From assembly GCA_030324005.1 (NCBI GenBank), contig JARDVH010000124.1, forward strand, positions 26,040,970-26,104,969: a stretch of 64,000 nt of DNA. Reading direction: 5' to 3'. Every line of letters begins with the position of its first letter. Within the stretch, counting starts at the first letter, position 1. This stretch comes from Negaprion brevirostris (Eukaryota). The notes beneath the pieces are model-generated. The model saw only the letters and a list, made by a program, of their open reading frames with translations. It was not told the DNA's origin and made no database searches. This document shows positions 25,751 to 38,635 of this stretch, in pieces. The translations under genes were made by a program, and so were the position numbers.

Positions 25751-27543
25751 GTCTTTTATCTCAGTCCAAGAATTCCATTGTGACAAAATCTGGAGGAAGA
25801 AAACGAATCTCTTTGGATTGTGAATAAACCGTATTCTAGAATAATCCCAACCCAACTACATAATAAAATACGACATTAGTTGAAGGAGGGTGAATTATTC
25901 AGTGGCACCTAGGAACATCACAAAGAGTTAGATATTGGAACACGAAATGTTCTGTTCCTATTTATAGATTTAATGTAGTTACGGAAACAAATTATAGCAA
26001 CATTGCGCTAATATTATTTGAACTATTGAAGTTGTTTTGACGCTGCAAAATTAATTCATACACAAAAATGTGAATGGAATGCAAAGGTTATTACTTGTGT
26101 AAAGATGCAGTGAACATGAAAAGGCGGCTTGTAAAGAATCAAAACATTTAACTCGCTGCGTGTAATGGATAATGGTTTCAAACTGGTGAGGACTGTGAAA
26201 GGAATCAAAATGAGCAATTGTGTGTTTACTCACATGGGTACCAACCATGCAGACAGTAATGGCCTGGAGTTTTGCCAACTTGGGATGACTCGGGAAACCT
26301 TTAAAAATGGAGAGTGTGTTCCAATTCTAGGATTCCTGACCTCAATCCAGCGGTTTTTACGATTTTCAGTGGGTGCCTTACAAGGATGTGAGCTGGTTCG
26401 GCATACAAGCCAATACCCTGCACTCTCCACCCAGCTAGCTTCGGTGTGCAAATTGGCATGTTCTAATCCTCCATAATTTTCATGGAGCAGGGCAGGAATT
26501 TCTGAAGGTTGTGGCTCCCCAGCACCTCAAAGGTGTCATGAACCATAGTCTGGATGAATGAAAAGCAATTTCCAAGGGCGTCCCACTCACATCCTATGTC
26601 TCCTCATTCCCCCATGGCAAGTAATGTCCCTTGTTCATCTTCTCATGGTCCCTCACACCCCCTATGGCAACCTATGGTTCGCCCATGTCTAGTCAACCAC
26701 TACATGCTTTATAAAAGCATTGAATATAACAATGACAATAAGATGTGTAAAAAAAAAAAGCTGCAAAAAGTCATTCATTAATAACTTCCCACTTCCTTAA
26801 AACAAAACTTTTTTTAACTAGAGCCCAATATAAGTCTCAATTCTTCAAATAATTAAATAATGAGTCGCAGAAAATGCAGGAACTTGAAGCCTCGATTTTG
26901 AATATGAAATTGACAGCATAATTCAGAAAGCTGGAAGTATCAAATCATACAATGCTCCCTTGGGGCCCAGACATTTCAAAAGATTAATGGATTTCTGGGC
27001 TCTCAGCCAAGCCTCATTATGTATTCTTGGCTGAGAGCCTAGAGATCAATTAACCTGGCTAGCTCTGTCGCCCTCAAACAACACCTTTTGACCCACATGC
27101 ACCTCGTGCTAAGATATGCTCCCCACCATTCATAACATTTCATGCGAGTTGACCAAGATGGGAATTTTCCATGCTTCTGCTACCTGTCTTGAGGATGAAA
27201 ATGTAGTCCAATGTTTTAACTAATTTTTCCCCTCCTCATTTATTAGTTTTACCCTGATAGACCTGCCACCACGAGATTGACAGAACAAATGGAATGAATT
27301 TTGGATGAGCTGGGGTTCTGTGGATGGACGATGGGATGTCAGCAAAGCTAGGAAATATAGACTTGACAGGATTGAACAGAGTTATTGTAAACAGCCAGGT
27401 TCAGCATGAGATAGTGGCCAGGAGAATTGAGGGTTTGGGGGGGGCGTGGGGGGGCTGCAGGGGGTGGAGGGTGGATTTTAGTGGCAGGCGATTAAAAATG
27501 GCAACTTCAATCATCCCAGTGTTTAGCTAGAGGAAATGCTAAA

Positions 27544-27581
27544 CAATCAGTGTTTTTGAAAATATCAGCTTATTTGATATT
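27544..27581 (+). repeat. 38-nt direct repeat, copy 1
   Basis: CAATCAGTGTTTTTGAAAATATCAGCTTATTTGATATT; 36/38 identical to 29418-29455. Confidence 0.9.
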
Positions 27582-27971
27582 ATCGAAGTGTGCTTGTTGA
27601 ACAAGAGTTGGAAAGGAATTGTTCTTTGAATGAATTTGTGATAGAGACAGTTGGGACTGAATGTTGAAGTTGAGCTAATTTCTACAAATGGCCATTGTGT
27701 TTACATGTTATGATTTTTCTTAAGGTGATTAATACCATGGTAGATACAATCTTGTTGGTTTCAAAGCCGGAATGAACCGACTTGATAGTTTTTTTTAAAA
27801 GTAGCTTCATTGCAAACCCCTACATGTTTCCATGAATTTTATAAAATGACTTGGATTACTTAAAAGTTGGGTATTTGGGGTAAAAAAAAACTGAATTTAG
27901 AGACGAAAGGTGAATGCAGATTTCTATCGCACTGATAGTGTATAGTGATCATTGTTCTGTTTCTATTTCAG

Positions 27972-29286
27972 TGTTTTTTCCCGATGATAATCAGACTGGT
28001 GTTGCCCCTGAGACACAACTGCAAGAAACTGATTCCTTCAGACCTCTCACTGAGTCAGCTTCAATTGTCTTTGATGAGGATAAACCAATAGCCAGCAGTG
28101 GTGCTTATAAAATAGATTTTGATAGCCTTGATATTTTAGACTCTTTCCAACCTCACTGTCCTTTGGATCCGAGCTCACCTGTGAAGTCGGAAAGTTCCAA
28201 AATTTGCGGACAATCCGGTGAGAATTCTCTGCATTCTACCAACAGTACCAGCTCGGCACTGCCAACATCTCCCCCGTTGGCGCGGAAGTCTGATGGAACT
28301 ACAGATGTTGGTCGCACAGAGGAGGTGGCAAAAACATTACAGGCAGAGGCTTTTAGCATAGCCTCGGATAATGCTCACAGCGTCAAGAAAAAGAAACCTA
28401 GACCACTATCTCTAAAAAGGAAGACCAAGTCGGAGAAACCAGCAGAAGCACAAGCAGATAAACCAACAGAGACCTCGACTGTGACAGAAACACGAGCAAG
28501 GTCCACCATCCCCGAGACTAGTAATGAAGTGACTGTGTCTCATTCATCCTGCAACGGTTTACAAAGCGCAGTTGATCAACAGGACTCCCCCGTTCCTCAT
28601 CAGGCCTCCTGCAGCTTTGATCCAGATAACCTTTCCGAGCGTAATCCATTTGCGAGTGGAGATAAACAACAGAACTTGCCAGTAGCACAGAGTGAGTGCG
28701 AGACTGTTACTGCTGTGTTAAAAGAAACGGATAACACAGCACCTGAGTCTGCAACGCTTCCAGATACTCCAGCTGTGGGCCATGCAGTGAGGCTGGAGTT
28801 TGATTATTCCGAGGATAAAGACAGTTTTGAAATTGAGCAAGATAAAAAGCCCATTCCTAAGAAATTTGGCAAAAAATCTGGTGGAAAGATGCCACTTAGA
28901 AAGCCAAAGATAGGAGTCAAGAAGGTTCCGGCAGTGGAAAAGGTAGACAACGCTCTTGCTGCACCATCTCATTCAACTGTTGATCCCGATGATATCCCTA
29001 TTCCAAAGACCACGTATTCATTTGACCCTTCGAAATGGGATGATCCCAATTTCAACCCATTTAGCACGAATGTACAGGTTCCAAATTCTCCCAAGTTGCC
29101 TCATGCTGCATTCAGTTATGACATGGACAACTGTGATAACTCTGTGGACTCATTTAAATCTTCAACAAAAATCTCAGGATCCCCTTCTCATTCCCCCGCT
29201 TCGTTCGAGGTGAATGATGACACTGGTACTAGTGAGGGGGATGTTAACAATAAATCATCGAAGAAGAAGAGGCTACCTTTAAAGAC
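27972..29286 (+). CDS. TACC2: TACC2 large Ser/Pro-rich exon with SDP repeats
   Basis: Core of the 458-aa ORF. Motifs FDEDKPIASSGAY, KKPRPLSLK, VRLEFDYSEDK, KMPLRKPK, WDDPNFNPFS, SPASFE, KKKRLPLKT are TACC2-typical. Acceptor ttctatttcag, donor AC|GTAAGC, 1315 nt (phase 1 to phase 2). Confidence 0.96.
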
Positions 29287-29417
29287 GTAAGCACTAAAAT
29301 TGTTAATTTTCTTAAAATGTGCAACAATGTTCTGCGTCCTAATGATCAATATTGTGTTTGCAGGTTTCTAATCACGTGAATTGTTTAAGTGCGGGTTATT
29401 GTTTTTACAAAAAAGAG

Positions 29418-29455
29418 CAATCCGTGGTTTTGAAAATATCAGCTTATTTGATATT
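29418..29455 (+). repeat. 38-nt direct repeat, copy 2
   Basis: CAATCCGTGGTTTTGAAAATATCAGCTTATTTGATATT. Confidence 0.9.
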
Positions 29456-29746
29456 GCTAGTGGAGACACTTTGTATTAAAAAGTCTGAAGATGGGTTTGT
29501 GGTACGTAAGAATATAAGAAATGAGAGCTGGGGTAAAGCATGTGGCTTCTCGAGCCAACCCTGCCATTCAATAGGATTATGGCTAATCTCCAACTTCAAC
29601 TCCACTTTCTTACCTTTGCTTCCCTGTGAGAGGAACAATCTATCTCAGCCTTGCTTATACACAATGATGATGCGTCCAGAACCCACTGGAATCGAGAATT
29701 CAAACTCCTTGGGTAAAACATTAGGACTGATTAAAAGAAAAGTATG

Positions 29747-30345
29747 AAACATAGAAACTAGGAGTAGGCCATTCAGCCCTTTGAACTGCTCTACTATTCT
29801 ACATAATCATGGCTAATCCTCTATCTCAACGCTATGCTCCAGCGCGCTCCCTTGATGCTTTTAGAGTCTAGAAATCTATTAATTCCTTGAGTATATTCAG
29901 TGAATTGTCCTTCGCAGCCTTCTGTGGTAGAGAATTCCACAGGTTCACCACCTTCTGAGTGAAGGAATTTCTCCTCATCAGAGTCCTAAATGGCCTACCC
30001 TGTATCCTGATACTGTGACCTATTGTATTAGTTCCCCAGCCAGAGGGAACAACGTCCCTGTATCCAGTCCTTCTAACCTTGTCAGAATTTTATTCATTTC
30101 CATTAGATCCCATCTCTTTCTTCCAAATTCCAGTGAATACAGGCGCAGTCAACGCAATCTCTCCTTGTACAACAATCCTGCCACCCCAGGAATTAGTCTG
30201 GTGAACCTTTGCTGCACCCACCCTATGGCAAATGGATCCTTCCTTGAAAAAGGAGACCAAAACTTTACACGATTCTGGTCTCAGGAGGTCCTGGTATGAC
30301 ATCCTTCCTCCTGTATTCAAATCCTTTTGCAATGAAAGCCAACAA
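29747..30345 (-). mobile_element. CR1 3' portion
   Basis: CATAGAAAC tail complement and typical CR1 ORF2 C-terminal sequence. Confidence 0.8.
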
Positions 30346-30937
30346 TGGAAGTGGGGATTACACATATTCATTCTTTACTTCTGCTCACTACTTCAGTGCA
30401 CTCCCTGACAACACCAGCAATCATCTCACCTTGACATTTAACACTTTTACTATTGCTGAATCCACCATCATCAGCATTCAAATTCTCACATACACAGACT
30501 GTACCCACAAGTAGAAACCTATGTTAATAGCCCCCTGTCTAACTTACCTTAACGTTTCTGACATCAACTGTAGTGCTCGCAACCTCTCCCTGTCAGAAAT
30601 CAGCAAGCTTTATTTGTTCATATTAACTCTGGTTTATACAAACCTTGGGGGAAATCTTGTGGCTCAATGAGTAGTACCAATGCTTCTGAACCAGAAACCT
30701 TGGATTTAAGTCCTACTACAGACCATGAGCACAGGAGGAGTGTTGGAATAGGATCGAACAGCTTGATAATAAACCTAGTCACGCTTCCAACATGCTCATG
30801 CAAGGTGGTAAGAGTGGGAGAGACTGCTTGTCAGCTATGCTTGATGCAGTGGTGTCTCTCAAGCTATAACCACTTGACTCTTAACAGAGAAATGCCTACA
30901 TCCCTTTGTGGACTTGGCTAATTACAAGCAGGACTTG

Positions 30938-31233
30938 TGGGAGGCAATTAATTAGTATTGTCATCTACTAGTAATCCAGAGACCCAGGGTAATGCTCAAG
31001 GACCTAGGTTCAGATGGTGAAAATACAATGATGACCATGAAACCATTGTTAATTGTTGTAAAAATCCACCTAGTTCACTCATATCCTTTAGGGAAGGAAA
31101 TCTGTCATCCTTACCTGGTCTGGCTGACATGTGACTCCAGGTCCACAGCAATGTGGTTGACTCTTCAATGCCCTCAAAGATGGGCAATAAATGTTGGCCC
31201 AGCCAGCGATGCCCATGCTCCATGAATGAATGA
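30938..31233 (+). mobile_element. SINE family B
   Basis: CTAGTAATCCAGAGACCCAGG head, ends CCATGAATGAATGAA. Confidence 0.85.
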
Positions 31234-32475
31234 AGGCAATGACCTTTAAAATCCCACTTTAATTTTGAGCCCCCAGACCATTTCAACTTCACAACTATGA
31301 TAATGTGAACGTTTTTGTCCCTTAGTAAGTGTTAACATTACCTTTGAAAGGATTAATATGTTGACCTATTTGGCCCATGTCATGTACACTTCTCCCATGA
31401 TGAACGAGCGTTGGAGTAGGGCTTGCGTGCACAGCTTCTGGCTCAGAGGCAATGGCATTACTCACTGAACCAACAGATCTCCTCTTAAGCTTTGTATAAA
31501 GCTGAGTTAATATGAATAAAGTTAACATGCTGGTCTCTGACCGGCAGAGGTTGCAAGCACTACAANNNNNNNNNNGTCCTAAATTACATTAGTGAGGGGG
31601 TATTAACTTTGGCTCCTATTTGTGGGTACGGTCCGTGTGTGTCTGCGTGTGTCTGTATGTGTGAGTTGTTGATAGATAAGTGTTTGGCACAAAAGAGGAA
31701 ATTGAATTTCTTCACGGAAGTTGTATCTGATTTCTAAAGTCTTAGAAAAGAGAATTTTGCCTGAACTATTTGTATTTCTATGCAAGAATCTAGACGTAAA
31801 GTGGTAAAGCTTTGAACTGATTAGAAATTGGTTTCAAAGTATAATGGAAGCAAGTGAATTCTGGATAGAACCAGATTCTCTTGTATTGCTCATAGGAAAA
31901 TGAAGTGGGGATGGTGGAGTGATGGTGATTTTTTTTTAAGCATCTCTTTCAGTGACTGCTTCTCTGCTTGCGTCCTGATCTTTCTTACGTCTATCTCTTT
32001 CCCTCTCCCATTTTCATTACAAGCAATTTCCAATTTTACTTCATAATATTGAAATCTGTTTTGAAAAACTGCAGCCGTTGGTGGTGATCACTGTTCCTCT
32101 CAGAATATCTTTTATATGTTACTGTATCCAAATGTCTGATACAATGTGTTGTGATGTCAGAATGGACATTGACCAGCTTGGGGGTGGNNNNNNNNNNNNN
32201 NNNNNNNNNNNNNNNNNNNNNNNNNNNNNNNNNNNNNNNNNNNNNNNNNNNNNNNNNNNNNNNNNNNNNNNNNNNNNNNNNNNNNNNNNNNNNNNNNNNN
32301 NNNNNNNNNNNNNNNNNNNNNNNNNNNNNNNNNNNNNNNNNNNNNNNNNNNNNNNNNNNNNNNNNNNNNNNNNNNNNNNNNNNNNNNNNNNNNNNNNNNN
32401 NNNNNNNNNNNNNNNNNNNNNNNNNNNNNNNNNNNNNNNNNNNNNNNNNNNNNNNNNNNNNNNNNNNNNNNNNNN

Positions 32476-32592
32476 CATGCTGACACGGGGAGAATGTGCA
32501 AACCCCACACAGACAGTGACCCAAACCGGGAATTGAACCCAGGTCCCTGGCACCATGGGGCAGCAGTGCCAACCACTGAGCCACCATGCCAT
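32476..32592 (-). mobile_element. SINE family A head (remainder in N gap)
   Basis: Reverse-complement head. Confidence 0.85.
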
Positions 32593-32765
32593 CCATTTTT
32601 TCTGTTTATTTTTTTTAAAGGTCTGTAAAAAGCCACACTTGCTTAAAACTTCTGTCAGGAAAATGGGTGAAACGAGTTGTGATACTTGGCCCCTGATCCT
32701 ATGTATTCTAGCTCATCTAGTGATACATAGCATTCAACTTGTTTAAGACAGATTATTGAACAACT

Positions 32766-33182
32766 GGGCAGCACAGCGACACAGTGGCTAGCATTGCTGC
32801 CTCACAGTGCAAAGGACTCGGGTTCAATTCTGGCCTTGGGTGGCCTTGGTCTGTGTGGAATTTGCACATTCTCCTCGTGACTGCATGGATTTCCTCCAGG
32901 TGCTCTGGTTTCCTCCCACAGTTCAAAGATGTGTGGGTTAGGTGGTTTGGCCATGCTAAATTCTCCCTCAGTGTCCCAAGATGAGTAGGTTAGGGAGATT
33001 AGCCATGTTAAATTGCCCCTTTGTGTCCCAGGATCAGTAATTAAGGGGATTAGCTAGGCTAAATCCGTGGGGTTATGGGAATGGGTTTGTGGGGGGAGGG
33101 AGTGGGACAGGGTAAGATGCTTGGTTGGAGAGTCAGTGCAGACTCGAAGGGCCAAATGACCTGCTTCTGTACTATAGGGATT
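32766..33182 (+). mobile_element. SINE family A with a duplicated internal module
   Basis: GCCATG(C/T)TAAATT..CC..TGTCCCA.GAT..GTA occurs twice (about 32950 and about 33002). Confidence 0.88.
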
Positions 33183-34540
33183 AACCCTGAAATTATTAAA
33201 ATTAGGACCTACAGTTAATTAAACCTTTGACTTTAATCATCTTTAATTTAGGTTAACATAATGGGAAACAGACTAGGAAGGAGAATGTTACCATTTAATA
33301 AATAAACATGGAATTGGAACTTTTGTGACAACCCATGTTCTGAGAAAATTATATTTCAAAAAATTGTTGAGTGTCAAGGTTCTGGAAGGAGAATTTGAGT
33401 GGCCGATAGTGATTAACTTTAATTTTAATACGGAAACAATATCAGGAGAAAGGCTGTCTTCGGAATGTATAAGAAGAAAGCTTCTGGAATCAGAAATCCT
33501 CAAGCAGTATCATAGCAGATTAAGACTGCTTGCCTTATCAAGTTGTCATTATTTTCTCTTTAATTACAGAATATGACCTGTAATCTTGAGAAGTAATGTG
33601 TAAAATATAGTTAGAATTAACTGAAGTGATTTTCAGTAGAACAATTTGCCTATTCTGAGAACATCAGAGAAAAATCCTGAACAGTTAGAAGGAAGTTACT
33701 TTTTCTGGAATTTTATAGGAATGGAGGTAACTCAACCTGGGAGATGAGAACAATTTTAACTCCATCTTCCTGCCAATGTCCCATTCAATTTCTACAGTTT
33801 TCTAGGCAGAGGAAGGAATGTTTTAAGTCTCCATTTTCCTGGGATTCCGCCAACCCAACCCCTGCTACCAGCTCTTAAGCACAAGGCTCTTCCAAAACTT
33901 TGTGACTTTCCTTAGACTTCCTGAGGCAATTGATATTATTGGTAAAAAAGATAGTTCACAACGACTGTAGAAACAGAAGCAGATATGACAGTCCACTTTA
34001 CTGGGGACACATAACCAACAAGAATAAGCTAGGGATTTTCCTTTATCAATAATCCTCTGTGGTGTGTTACCATTTTGATTAATTTGCATGAGAGTTCATA
34101 TTTCCTCATTTTATTTATGGTGCAGCTGATTTTTGATCTCTGCAATAGTGCAGACCATTTATTAATGCTTTGTTAACAGATTGATCACATTTCAAGTACA
34201 TTGTGTATTTGTGTGTTTGCATGTTAATTGTGTTCTAAAATGTATAGATCTGAAACATGAGACCATAATGGTTGAATATCATTGCCTGAGCATATTTTTG
34301 TGTGGACATGATGTAGCTTTTTATACAGGATGGCTGTTTTCAGTTTTATTTCAGCAGAGAACTTTTGGAGTTGGGTAAGTCTGCTCATTTTGTTAGATGT
34401 TAATTTCAGGTGACTGTGTAGTTAGAATTTGATTAGTGCTTTTAAACTGCTCAGAGTGAATTTCCCAGCCCATGATAGTATTGGTGCAGAACTACTTCTG
34501 TTTGGAGATAAGTATACCCCTCACTAGATTTTTACATATT

Positions 34541-34738
34541 GGCTTGGATTTTCCCATTTTCACGCACCCCCCCCCCCTCCCCCCATTGGCAGGTTTTCCA
34601 GCAGTGGAGAAGGCATGCCATTGGCTGCTAGTGGGATCTTCAGGTCCCAGCAAAGCCAATGACCACTTGTGTTCGCCTGTGCTGCCGCTGGGGAACCCGA
34701 CCCCGGGGGATCGCCTCCAGGGCCAGGAAGTCCCATCC
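34541..34738. mobile_element. MITE-like element, same family as 47484 and 49149
   Basis: GGCTTGGATTTTCC start and shared CCATTGGCTG..GTGGGATC.TC.GGTCC internal motif. Confidence 0.6.
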
Positions 34739-35819
34739 ATTTGCTGCTTAATGTGCTAGTAAGAAACCTTTAACACTTCAACTATCAAGAAGTGATTTAA
34801 TAACTATTTTGAAGTTGCACGTTATGATTCTCAAATCAATATAAACAGTGCAAATGTTATGCACAGCAGTGTATCATTTGAAGTTAGCCTGTTGCCCTTT
34901 GATAAAAGGCATAAAAAAGTATAAATTGGATGTNNNNNNNNNNNNNTTACCTGTGAATTTATAGTTCCCACCCCTCCTGGTGTTGTTGACTCATGTTGGC
35001 TTACAGGACAAACTTGCCTAGCAGCCATTATTTTATGAATATTACTAGGCTTGTGTTTCATGGAAGGCCCCACAATTACACTTCTGCCTTCATCATGTAC
35101 ACACATCTTCCAATCAGGGATAGTACACAGCAGCAAAAAATAGAAATCGTGGCTGACTTCCTCTTCCCATCACTTTGTAGTCCAGGGAAGTCAAGGTCAA
35201 CTGTTGTGCTCTGGCTAGGTTTGCCAACTGCGATTACTTGTATTCTTAGAGGTTTCCTACAAGATATTTCCCCACACTCCAGCCATTAGTAAGACAACAC
35301 CTCCATCTTTGCGATGCACTGTCTTCCTACACCAATTGGAAAGCAAAACAACTCATTATCCAATTGAATGATGCTTGCCTGTTAGCTAAACAGTTATAGT
35401 TTTTTCCCATTTTCAATATTTTTATATCTGGTAAAGAGAGATGCTCAAAGAATTTATTTTTAAATTAGAAAATACTTGTTAAATGCCTGGATGATTTTTC
35501 TGCAGGCTCCTGGAGATTGATATTCAGTTTCTGGAGATTCCAGGCCAGTTGCAGAGGATTGTCAACCACAGCCTCTAATATTAGTTTAGCTGTGTTTAAA
35601 CAACGGGGTAGAATTGTATGGGCAAGGAAGACTGGAAACGTGGTGCGATTTGGCATTGGGTGGTATGTCCACATTCTCTCTAGCTGCTGGCACATCTTTC
35701 TAGCCATTTGGTCCCTTAAGAAGCCCCAATTTTAATCTTTCACCATTAGCAGCCACCTCATAGGATGCCTGGGTCGAATGCTCCAGAATTCCCTCCCGAA
35801 CTTACTCTCCTCTCCACTG

Positions 35820-36141
35820 CATAGAATCATAGAACCCTACAGTGCAGAAGGAGACCATTCGGCCCATTGAGTCTGCACTGACCACAACCTCACCCAAGGC
35901 CCAATCCCTATAAACCCATGCATATACCATAGCTAGTCCCACTGACACGAGGTTCAATTTAGCATAGCCAATCAACCTAACCAGCATGTCTTTCGGACCG
36001 TGGGAAAAAACTGGAGCACCTGGAAGAAACCACACAGACACGGGGAGAACGTGCAAATTCTGCACAGAAAGTGACCAAAGCAGGAAATCGAACCCAGATC
36101 CCTGGCACCATGAGGCAGCAGTGTTAACCATTGTGCCGCTG
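35820..36141 (-). mobile_element. SINE family A, full length
   Basis: (CATAGAAT)n tail complement through to the head. Confidence 0.9.
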
Positions 36142-36440
36142 CACATTTCTCCTTCTACCTACCTCTTAGACAACTCTCTTAATCATTTCTCCCAGAGTCT
36201 CATTCAGTTTTGAATTGCTAATGCGCCTGTGACGTGCTGTGGAATGTCTCTATGTTAAACCCTCTGTGCAAGTACACAATTCTGTTGAGGATAACTACAA
36301 TTCCAGAATATTCACCAAGCCATTATGCTATGCAATGTTTGAGCAATTCAATAACACTGTTTTAAAATGAAATTTGTTTAAATGCCTGTGTCAGGAAGGA
36401 TTGACATTTAATTTCCAGAGGCTCTTTACGATTGTGTTTT

Positions 36441-36882
36441 GGGTGGTGCAGAGGTGAGCATTGCTGCCAAGCAGCTCCAGGGACTTGGGTTTGATTCTGA
36501 CCTCGGGTGACTATGTGGAGTTTGTACATTCTCCCTGTGTCTGTGTGGNNNNNNNNNNNNNNNNNNNNNNNNNNNNNNNNNNNNNNNNNNNNNNNNNNNN
36601 NNNNNNNNNNNNNNNNNNNNNNNNNNNNNNNNNNNNNNNNNNNNNNNNATTTTCTCTGGTGCTTTGGTTTCTTCTCTCACTTGAAAGGTGTGCAGGTTAG
36701 CTGAATCGGCCATGCTAAATTGCCTCTGTGTCCCAAGGGGTGCAGGTTAAGGGGATTAGCAGGGTAAATACTGGGGTTACAGGGATAGGAAGAGTTGGGC
36801 CTGGGTATGATGTTCTGTTGGAGGGTCGGTGCAGACCTGATGGGCCGGATGACCTCTTTTTGCACTGTAGGGTTTCTATGAT
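36441..36882 (+). mobile_element. SINE family A spanning a 100-N gap
   Basis: Degenerate head, core and tail CTGTAGGGTTTCTATGAT. Confidence 0.82.
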
Positions 36883-37554
36883 TTGCTAAACGATAAACCT
36901 GTTAGGACATAGCTTCAGTGTTCAATGGAAGATGTTCTAATTTTTGTGCAAGTACATCATTCTCACAGGAGACCTATTAAACTATAATATTAGTGTTGAG
37001 AACAATGCCAGAAGGAATAAACTGCAATAAGAATGTACATCTGGCATGGTTTCCAGTTCATGTTGAAGACATGTTCTGACATTGACAATGATTGTAATAG
37101 TACAGAGCTAATATAAATCCTCTATCTTCGAAGTGATTTCCCTTATTTAGCCTCCCTGTGAAGCAATTATCAGATTGTCACAAATACATCACAATAGGCT
37201 CAGCCTCTAATCAGTGACTTTTACTGTCCTTTTGACTTGTATTTCAATTACTATGTTACCAATCATAACAAAGGTTTTGTCAGAATCTTCAGTTTTATTT
37301 CTGTGTTCGCTGACATTCTATAAGGAATCCAATGTTCATTTTCATGGTTTACGATTTTTGAAGCTCTCAATTAAATTTAGTTTTATTGCACGATGACTCT
37401 AGATTAAGGCTGAATGACTTAACCAGCATTGATCACCGTGGGGACAATTTTTGCTTCATTACTGCCAAATTGCACTCAATCAGCAGTAGTACAAGCAAAG
37501 TCAGGCAGCAGGTAGTCATGACAACCTACTGCTGAGTTGACAACCATTTTATTT

Positions 37555-38272
37555 TTTTAAGTTTACTTATTATGTCACAAGTAGGTTTATATTAACACTA
37601 CAATGAAATTACTGTGAAAATCCCCCAATCGCCACACTCTGCTGCCTGTTTGGGTACACAGAGACATAGAAGAAAGGGGCAGGCATAGGCTATTTGGTCC
37701 TTTGAGCCTGCATCACCGTTCAGTACGATCATGTATTTTCAATATCCCACTCCCGCTTTCTCTCTCTATCCCTTGCCTTTAGCCACAAGGGTTACATCCA
37801 GCTCCTTCCTAAGCGTATCTAATGAACTGGCCACAACAGCTTCCTGTGATAGAGAGTTGTGAACCGGTGGAATTCCCTGAGCGAAGAAGTTATTCCTCAT
37901 CTCAATCCTGAATGGCGTACCCCGTATTCTTAGATTGTGACCCCTAGTTCTGAACTTGCCCAACATCGAGAACATTCTTCCTGCGTTTAGCCTGTCCAGA
38001 CCCATCAGGATTTTGTGTATTTCTGTGAGACCCCCTCTCATTCTTCTAAATTCCAGTGACTACAAGCCCAGTCAATCCAGTGTCTCTCTTCATACGTCAG
38101 TCCTGCCATTCTGGGAATCAATCTGGTGAAGGGAGAATTTTAACATGGTCAATGCACCTAACTAGCACGTCTTCCAATTGTGGGAGAAAACTGGAGCACT
38201 CGGAAGATACCCATGCAGACGTGGGGAGAACATGCAGATAGTGACCCAAGCAAAGGAATTGAACCCAGGTGA
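37555..38272 (-). mobile_element. SINE (family A core, different tail) split by a CR1 3' fragment (about 37665-38130)
   Basis: Tail GGGTACACAGAG appears to continue as GGGAGAATTTTAACATGG at 38131. The insert encodes RGGLTEIHKILMGLDR...TRGHNLRIRG. Confidence 0.7.
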
Positions 38273-38635
38273 GGTGGACAAGCAACCTGTCTTCCAGAAC
38301 TTCCATCAGAAACTCACTATGTACACAGGGGTCAAATATGCAATTCAGATCGCAATGCTGTAATCCTCTCCGCCAATCTAACTATTTCCAGTTTTTATTT
38401 CTGTGTTACAAGTGCAGGGGTGACCATTTCCTGTGATGAGGAATCCTGGTCTGTTGTTGGGGAAAGCTTTTGGAGGCAGTTGGCGTGGGTTTTGCACCTT
38501 TTTGCAGTTTGAAATGTTACGTAGTTGCTGCTGTTGGTTCTGCAGCCATTGCCAGCTGCTCCACAAAGCTGCTGCTTGTTGATCCTAATGTTCAACATAG
38601 CTCCCCTTGAACCACTCCTGGGAGCACTTTATCAT

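Noticed and set aside
27914-27971. N-terminal part of the 458-aa ORF (MQISIALIVYSDHCSVSIS) as a start or signal peptide
   Set aside because: It is translated intron (pyrimidine tract and acceptor). The phase-matched exon starts at 27972.
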